Shown here: piece by piece, positions 1 through 5,287 of the stretch | How positions within the stretch are numbered: position 1 is the first letter of the stretch | Layout: each line of letters starts with the position of its first letter | Assembly: GCA_030141605.1 (NCBI GenBank) | Contig: JAQGDQ010002264.1 | Coordinates: 1 to 5,287 of the forward strand | Direction: 5' to 3' | Source of the DNA: Tubiluchus corallicola | Lineage: Eukaryota > Animalia > Priapulida | Length of the DNA: 5,287 nucleotides | Made by a program: the position numbers and the translations under genes | Notes under the pieces: model-generated | Seen by the model: the letters and a program-made list of their open reading frames with translations, nothing else | The model's database searches: none | What the model was told of the DNA's origin: nothing

Positions 1-990
1 GTCCATGGGCCGGGGGAATATATGAAAAATTAATTGATTCAGTTAAAAGGGTTACGCCAAAAACTTTGGGCAGAAAGATCTTGACTTTAATGCAGCTTCA
101 GACTTTCTTATGCGAAGCTGAGGCCACTATTAACAATAGACTGCTAACGTGTCTTGGTACAAACATATTAACCCTTCACATGTCTTAACACCTCCTGATT
201 TGTTGTCCCCTTCTAAATCTGATGTGCCACCTGTAGGGCTAGAAGGATCTGAGCAGGATCCTGAATTTTCAATAATAAACCCTTCCCCAGCTGAGAATTT
301 GCTGCCCATTTGAAAAAAGGGCAGAAAACTGTTAAACTCCTTTCAGAATTTATGGCAACACAAATGCCTCTGAGAAAGGAAACAAACTCACATTAAAGAC
401 GTTTATTATCATTCCCATTTTATTCCAAAATTTGGAGAGGTTGTTTTGATTAAAGACCAAACACTTCTCGGCTGGTTTTGAAATTAGGTACTATTGCTGA
501 ATTGATAGAAAGAGTCAAGACAAAAGAGTCTTTGTGGTAAAGTTAAGAATTCCCAATGGCAATAGCATATCTAGGGCTAGTTGCCAAGTGTATTCGCTTG
601 AATGCACACTTCCTCTTAATGACAGAACTAGGGGTGTGCATGGTACCCTTCTGCTGATGATAATGTGGAAAATGTACGCAGCAATACAAATGATACTGGC
701 CAGAATACAGAAATTTCTCATTTCAAACCCCTTTCTCCCTCTGCATTGAGGATAATTCAAATCGTGTTGAAAATAATAAGGTGCTACTTCCTGCTAGTAA
801 TGTTAGACAAAAAGGGTTGTGGTTGCAATGAAAGCCTTGTGTTAACCATTGTTTTAATTGCTATTCTACTATTTTGTACCTTAAACTATGGCTTATTTTG
901 TCAATGCTCTTTATTAAGCTGCAAATAGCAACTTTTTACTTTACTGGATGCAGTAAAGCAAGTTCTTAGTTATAAGCAGCTGCCATTTAA
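1..990 (+). mobile_element. BEL/Pao LTR retrotransposon relic (internal 3' region; 5' part lies outside the window; interrupted at TTAA 987-990)
   Basis: Contains the integrase/DUF5641 remnant. This is followed in frame 2 by a polar low-complexity tail (PSADDNVENVRSNTNDTGQNTEISHF) and KPLSPSALR, resembling the RPxRxAA motif near BEL pol C-termini. The right boundary is inferred from the start of the next element. Confidence 0.75.
3..605 (+). pseudogene. pol: Degenerate BEL/Pao retrotransposon pol 3' end: integrase core C-terminal part plus DUF5641-like domain
   Basis: Manual translation. Frame 3 (3-185) reads PWAGGIYEKLIDSVKRVTPKTLGRKILTLMQLQTFLCEAEATINNRLLT, matching the BEL/Pao integrase pattern PWxGGxYERLxxxVKRxLxKxLGxxxLTxxELxTxLxEVEAxINSRPLT. 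Frame 2 from 179 reads HVLTPPDLL...DPEF...LLPI*KKGRKLLNSFQNLWQHKCL*ERKQ...PKFGEVVLIKD, with stops at 311 and 371. Frame 1 around 466-510 reads SRLVLKLGTIAELIE (PRxxWKLGxI motif). Frame 3 at 513-605 reads SQDKRVFVVKLRIPNGNSISRASCQVYSLEC (DG.vR.v.v...G....R....LYPLE motif). At least 3 frameshifts and 2 in-frame stops. Confidence 0.92.
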
Positions 991-1022
991 AGGGGGAATA
1001 TCATGAAAATCAAGTTAAACTT
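991..1022 (+). repeat. Left terminal inverted repeat
   Basis: AGGGGGAATATCATGAAAATCAAGTTAAACTT vs reverse complement of 3145-3175, AGGGG-AATATCACCAAAATTAAGTTGAGCTT: 5 mismatches and 1 gap. Preceded by TTAA. Confidence 0.85.
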
Positions 1023-1107
1023 ATTTTATAGTTGCCTTCCCTGGGCACAACTTGGCGAAATTTTTTTTGCAGTACGCTGTCTAATTAATGAGTAGTTAAC
1101 TTTTTTG

Positions 1108-1157
1108 TATCTGATGGGAAACGCCATGGAGCTGCACTTACGCCACTCCGGGTGAAA
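1108..1157 (+). repeat. Left subterminal inverted block (pairs with 2980-3034)
   Basis: CATGGAGCTGCACTTACGCCACTCCGGGTGAAA (1125-1157) vs revcomp of 2980-3011, CATGGACCTGCGCTTGCGCCTCTA-GGGCGAAA. Extends more loosely as TATCTGATGGGAAACGCCAT (1108-1127) vs TATTTGACGAGG-CCGCCAT (revcomp of 3016-3034). Confidence 0.75.
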
Positions 1158-1960
1158 AAATTGAACTAGCGCAGCTCAGGCTGATGACGTAACAGAGTGT
1201 ACCTGCAGCTCGTTCTGATATTGTCTACACCTATTTTTAATAAAGCTGTTATTACTACATTACAGCATTTGACCTTGCTCCGGATAGGTAGTCAGCTGAT
1301 AGAAACGATTGTCGTTGCACTCGTTAACATGTTTTCATCAAAAGCGATATTTTACTACCGTCGAAAATTATAGGTCCATTATAGTATATTCTAATAGAGT
1401 GTAAACAATCATTGCGCAAAAGTAGACTGGCCTACAGCATATTATGAAAATTCTTGTGGCATTAATTGAAAACATCGTCAGCAATACAAGCTGCAAAAGT
1501 GTGGGCCTTGGTAACAAAAGTTCTTTTCTTCTAAAACAAGTCCGATATAGTAACTTCATTGTGCTAGAAGAATTAATGAATTTGTAAACACAGAGAAACT
1601 TACTGAAGCATAATTATAATGCTAGTGTGACAATTTTTAGTGACCCCCATGGACACAGAGACTATAACACATTAGCTGTAGACTTATTGATTAAACATAA
1701 AATTATTGGTTAAATCAGTAAGACTTTTTTATCAACCAGAACTTGTTTTTGTGTGAGGATTAACAATTTGCAGTTGTCAATTTACGATTTACAATGTTTT
1801 TTCTTTAGTTAATATTCAAAATTCAGAAAAAAGCATCATAAATAAAATTTTAGCGCAAAAAATTGCATTACATAATATAATTATGATATTTTTATTAAAA
1901 TGGATACAAATCTCGAGATGACTAAACTGCATCGATAAACTATGCACTTGGGCTTAAAAT

Positions 1961-2632
1961 GATTCAATTTTTTTCAATTCAATAGATTTATTTCACAATA
2001 AACATATACATATGCATCGATAATCAGTTTTTGTCAATACAAAATTATGGTACAATTCATGAATTCTGCGCTAGAGACCTAAGAAGCTAGCTTATGCTAG
2101 GCCAATAGAATTAGTTACGAGAAAAATTATAATATATTGCTAATGGTTAGTGTGAGTTACAGTGGGCGTTAGTAGTATTAATTTTCATAATTATGATGTA
2201 AACTGATGGTCGGTACAGAGAAATGATAAATGCTTTAACACATTCGCTAAGCATTTGTGGAGGTGGCAACACTTTTTTAGACTATATGGCGGTGCGCATT
2301 GCAGATATATATATACGGGTGGGAAGTAATAAAAATATTATTATACTAGAGGGGAAGTTTTTGAAAATGAAAAACAACAAATCATGATAGAGTGATCAGT
2401 TATACGTTTCAAGTAAATTTGATTTATAATGTTTTTTAAATATGGACAGCGAGTTGGCATTTTTAATAGCTGGAGCAATTGAATTCCATATGTAAGGGCC
2501 ATTGTAATTAATAGAACATTTTCTAACATTTGTGTTGCACTGTATGTAGTGGTAGTTAAGTCTATGTCGTGTACCGTAATTATGTATCTCAGCATTCAAA
2601 CAAAAATAATCAGTAAATAAGGCTGACAATAA
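1961..2632 (-). mobile_element. 5'-truncated non-LTR retrotransposon (L2/Crack/CR1 group): ORF2 C-terminus, ~435-bp 3' UTR and tandem-repeat tail
   Basis: ORF2 C-terminal motif at 2396-2629. The minus-strand end reads ...GAAATAAATCT-ATTGA-ATTGA-AAAAA-ATTGA-ATC (AATAAA at 1992-1987), the AATAAA plus short-repeat tail typical of this group. A short hairpin lies in the 3' UTR at 2078-2101. The 5' boundary is uncertain by some tens of bases. Confidence 0.85.
2396..2629 (-). pseudogene. C-terminal fragment of LINE ORF2 (post-RT region), not a standalone gene
   Basis: LSALFTDYFCLNAEIHNYGTRHRLNYHYIQCNTNVRKCSINYNGPYIWNSIAPAIKNANSLSIFKKHYKSNLLETYN* matches the CR1/L2/Crack C-terminal pattern LPxxFxxYF...HxYxTR...T.....S..Y.GP.lWN.lP..iK...s...FKk.lK..Ll..Y. 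Confidence 0.9.
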
Positions 2633-2641
2633 TGAAACAAA

Positions 2642-2900
2642 AAAGACACTACAAAAAACTGCATCAGACTGAATCTCTCAAAAGTGTCAGTGCAATATTT
2701 TTAACACTATAGTTCATCACTAGTGTTTCAAAGCACGTTTCAAAGCAAACAGCCGAGAAATTATCACACAGGTTGTAGGAGTGAATCCAGATTTTTAGAT
2801 TGTACTTTGATTGCTTCAATAATTTTCTGTTGCTCATTGGAAACTAAAAGTTATTATATTTTGGCTTCGTATTTCGATACTTTCCGTCTGACTTCGGCAT
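2642..2900 (-). pseudogene. Highly degenerate THAP zinc-finger-like reading frame (putative transposase N-terminus remnant)
   Basis: Minus strand from ATG 2900 reads MPKSDGKYRNTKPKYNNF*FPMSNRKLLKQSKYNLK. A shifted frame gives KSGFTPTTC (2794-2768). The first frame then gives LCDNFSAVCFE (2771-2739), and a shifted frame gives IQSDAVFCSVF (2674-2642). The motif order follows the THAP consensus MP.sC...FxxFP...l.k.W...l.r..FxPt...lCsxHFxxxCF...LkxdAVPtiF. However, the first two Cys, the Trp, the His and the AVP Pro are missing. Confidence 0.5.
2725..2747 (+). repeat. 12-bp-period tandem duplication
   Basis: GTTTCAAAGCA at 2725-2735 and 2737-2747, giving CFET-CFET in the THAP-like frame. Confidence 0.8.
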
Positions 2901-2982
2901 CCCGTCTAATTGCTGAATCCTAGTGTGACACATTCCAAGGCCGAAATCTAGCAAATCACGCATTCAATTCACACTGCTATTT

Positions 2983-3023
2983 CGCCCTAGAGGCGCAAGC
3001 GCAGGTCCATGCTCAATGGCGGC
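2983..3023 (-). promoter_or_regulatory. GC-rich putative promoter motifs upstream of the THAP-like ATG (NRF1-like and YY1-like sites)
   Basis: GCGCAAGCGCA at 2993-3003 is one change from the NRF1 site GCGCATGCGCA. AATGGCGGC at 3015-3023 contains the YY1 core ATGGCG. Both lie ~90-120 bp upstream of ATG 2900 on the minus strand. Motif match only. Confidence 0.35.
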
Positions 3024-3144
3024 CTCGTCAAATATTCGTTTTGTGTACAATTTCATCCGAACTTTTGCTAAGGATTCTTAAACATGAAATTTTCGTGAAG
3101 AATGAAGTTCGTATTTCTATTCACAATATAATCGCGAGTTATTC

Positions 3145-3175
3145 AAGCTCAACTTAATTTTGGTGATATTCCCCT
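3145..3175 (-). repeat. Right terminal inverted repeat
   Basis: AAGCTCAACTTAATTTTGGTGATATTCCCCT followed by TTAA (3176-3179). Inverted match to 991-1022. Confidence 0.85.
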
Positions 3176-3565
3176 TTAAGTGTACTGTTTTATATATTCC
3201 TTAATATTCCATTTAATAGGACTTAGCTAACTTACGTCGTTTTTTGTGATGTTTATTGTGCCTTACTTATGACATTTATGTAGATCCAATAATGATGAAA
3301 GTAGCTTAATTTGTTGAAGTGTGAACACCACTAATCATCAGTTCTATATAGTCAAGAATTCATTACTATGCAAACGGTTTTTATTATTTTCATGTAACTT
3401 TGGGGTTGCAGAGGTGCAACATAACAATTGTTTGATTAAAACAATACTAGTAAGTGACTGGTAAATTTATGCAGAAGTCATGCTGAATTTAGTTTTACAA
3501 ATAAGTTTTTTGGTTAGCCTTTTGTGTCAACAGAGAGCACAAATATCATGGCTACTGAGTACTTG

Positions 3566-3644
3566 TAACATTCGGGTCACGAAATTCTTTGCTAGCCCAA
3601 CTGGGTCTCAAACTTGGGTCGGGAAACTGTGACCCCAAATGTTA
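3566..3644. repeat. 79-bp imperfect inverted repeat / hairpin (possible tiny MITE remnant)
   Basis: TAACATTCGGGTCAC (3566-3580) vs GTGACCCCAAATGTTA (3629-3644; revcomp TAACATTTGGGGTCAC). Inner pair CCCAA (3596-3600) / TTGGG (3614-3618). Repeated GGGTC motifs. Confidence 0.55.
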
Positions 3645-3676
3645 AAAAGCAGCAATAAATGTTTAAGTTCCAAAGC

Positions 3677-4336
3677 AGTTACGAGTGCAGGAGGGGGCGG
3701 TCCTTCCTAACGTAAAATGGGCCAGTGGGTGATACAGTGTTAACGAAAACAGTGAACACAACAAAGTGTAAATAAGAAAACTGTTTGCCATAGGTTTAAC
3801 ATTTTTAATTTGCAGAATCTGTCAAAAGCAAACACAAAAACTCAAAATTTACACAAACACAGCGAAGTACCCTTATGTAATATCAGTCCGCTAGCGTTTC
3901 ACATAGACGGGACGTCTCCCGTTAAAGTTCCGGAGGCCAGACACTAAGCTGGCTGGAATCACTTTGCTAACAGCTAAGCTCGTCGGCAATGGCAACTGCA
4001 CCAATGTTCTAATTCGCTTGACTGGCTCAGCGAGACTACCGGAGAAATCTCTGACTTCACGAGAGCATACACATCTTAGAAAAATGCCTTTTGCCAAACA
4101 CCAGACATATGGTTTGCATTCTGACTATCGAAGATAATGAGTGGTAGAGTGAACAATTCACATAGCTAATTGCAAGTTATCAAGTTGATTACAAAAGTAT
4201 CCAAAGCAACGTCTTGTCCGCCAACGCCCCGACAAAGACAAAATCAATAAGCCTTTTAGCTGAGTCGGCCATTTAACAACTATATCAGTGACCTCATGGA
4301 ATAACCGGCACCTCTCAAGTCATACCTGTCGTGACC
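3677..4336 (-). mobile_element. Possible decayed solo LTR (Gypsy-like), weakly supported
   Basis: Block richer in GC and CpG than its flanks. On the minus strand it is bounded by (g)GTCACGA at 4335-4329 and TCGTAAC(t) at 3684-3678, resembling TGTCACGA...TCGTAACA LTR termini. TATA-like CTAAAAGG lies near 4259-4252 and ATTAAA at 3809-3804. The terminal TG/CA are not intact and no target-site duplication was found. Confidence 0.3.
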
Positions 4337-5287
4337 TAATTAATCATCCATTCATAGCAGTACTGTAGGTATTGCATCGATGAGCCAAAATTTGGCCCAA
4401 AAGTTAAACTGTAACATTTCTTTATTGAACTCACAATAGGTGGAGCCACCAGTTTATAATATTTACCTATTTCGGTTTTTTAGTTATTAATAACAGGTTC
4501 AGTACAATACATTTAGATATAGCTAATAGTTCTTTCAAGTGCCACGTAAATGTGTTATTACAGTTAAATGGATTATTCGTTTTAATCTGCTAAATACGAC
4601 CGTGCCAGTACTGATATTTAGTTCAGCAATTCTTAATTGAGTCATTAACAGTTTTACTATTACTTAAAATTTGTATTTGAATTGTAAAACGCATGTTAAT
4701 AAGCCATGTCATCTGTTTCATTTGCCTATTTCAAGAAGTATTTGATGTTTTCATTTCAAAGCTGTTCATAGTTAAGAATGTTCTGAGTTCTTAACATTAA
4801 GAATAAAATGGTCGATGATTTGCTTAATACTCTTGTAACATTGCTTAAGTGATTGTCACCGTACTTTAGTTCTAAATTTTGGACTTTGGTACTTTGGTTA
4901 TGCGGCAGACATTTCTATAATTTAGAATTTAAGATGATACCTAAGTTTAGTGTTGTGTTAGATTTGGTTTAAAATTCCAGTTGTATCAGTGGTGCAGACT
5001 TATCATTGCTTTGAAAAGTACTTGAACATTAGTCAAGTTATAATCACCAATGAATACTTAACACTTATGCTATTTTGCCTTTTTTAATTTGTGTTGTTCA
5101 TAGGAAGGTTTACACAGACCTACAGCACTGTATTCAACAATGTTAATTACAGCTACCTTTATTCCACTGTATTGTTTCTAAAGTTACTGATTTAAAGATG
5201 GTTTGTAGTGTTGTGAGTTGTGCGAATTTGGTATTGCAATTTGTGATATTATGATTGTTTGCATCTTCTACAACAGTATCAATAATT

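Larger units (their letters stand above)
991..3175 (-). mobile_element. Kolobok-like non-autonomous DNA transposon (2185 bp including a nested LINE), TTAA target-site duplication
   Basis: TTAA at 987-990 and 3176-3179, with termini AGGGG...CCCCT. TIRs 991-1022 vs 3145-3175 match at 26 of 32 columns. A second inverted block 1125-1157 vs 2980-3011 matches at 26 of 33 columns. A THAP-like remnant reads inward from the right end. TTAA duplication, purine-purine (AG) termini and THAP are established Kolobok features. Strand is assigned from the THAP-like frame. Confidence 0.8.

Noticed and set aside
534-749. 71-aa plus-strand ORF as an independent gene
   Set aside because: Its first ~24 codons are the frameshifted DUF5641-like end of pol (…RASCQVYSLEC). 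The rest appears to be out-of-frame run-on.
515-760. 81-aa minus-strand ORF
   Set aside because: Antisense to the BEL pol remnant, with no recognisable motif.
1368-1559. 63-aa minus-strand ORF, and a short plus-strand ORF from 1444, as KolX/transposase remnants
   Set aside because: No recognisable motifs in the frames I translated, and the lengths are expected by chance.
1928-2023. Direct repeat TGCATCGATAA at 1928-1938 and 2013-2023 (TGCATCGAT again near 4373-4381)
   Set aside because: One copy is inside the LINE 3' UTR and one outside, so it is not a target-site duplication. Two short copies are not an array or CRISPR.
2341-2595. 84-aa minus-strand ORF
   Set aside because: Alternate frame overlapping the LINE ORF2 fragment, with no motif of its own.
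1958-2635. AATGA at 1958-1962 and 2631-2635 as the LINE target-site duplication
   Set aside because: Only 5 AT-rich bases, the 5' junction is uncertain, and this LINE group often lacks clear duplications.
2723-2923. 66-aa plus-strand ORF
   Set aside because: Antisense to the THAP-like remnant, with a GTG start and no recognisable homology.
987-3179. piggyBac assignment because of TTAA flanks
   Set aside because: The termini are AGG...CCT rather than CCY...RGG, and the internal remnant is THAP-like.
3891-4097. 68-aa minus-strand ORF
   Set aside because: TTG start in a eukaryotic context and no recognisable domain. Locally higher GC explains the lack of stops.
4771-4795. Hairpin GTTAAGAA-9 nt-TTCTTAAC
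   Set aside because: An 8-bp AT-rich stem is expected by chance in this composition.
5073-5196. Possible splice acceptor (T-rich tract then CATAG at 5099-5103) and downstream exon
   Set aside because: All three frames hit a stop within about 30 codons and give no recognisable peptide. It cannot be supported without transcript data.

Overview
AT-rich eukaryotic (probably invertebrate animal) DNA made of decayed, nested transposable elements. No intact gene, RNA gene or CRISPR array is visible. (1) 1-~990: 3' end of a BEL/Pao LTR-retrotransposon pol (integrase C-terminus plus DUF5641-like tail), broken by stops and frameshifts. (2) 991-3175: a TTAA-flanked, AGG...CCT-ended Kolobok-like non-autonomous DNA transposon. 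It has ~31-bp terminal inverted repeats (TIRs), a second internal inverted block, and a heavily decayed THAP-like reading frame on the minus strand. (3) Nested inside it at ~1961-2632 on the minus strand: a 5'-truncated L2/Crack/CR1-group LINE with the ORF2 C-terminus, 3' UTR, AATAAA and (ATTGA)n tail. (4) A 79-bp imperfect hairpin at 3566-3644 and a weakly supported solo-LTR-like block at ~3677-4336. The remainder looks non-coding. I see no support for a new biological system. The most notable item is the Kolobok-like element, which the ORF track does not reveal. All family assignments come from motif recognition by eye, not from database searches.
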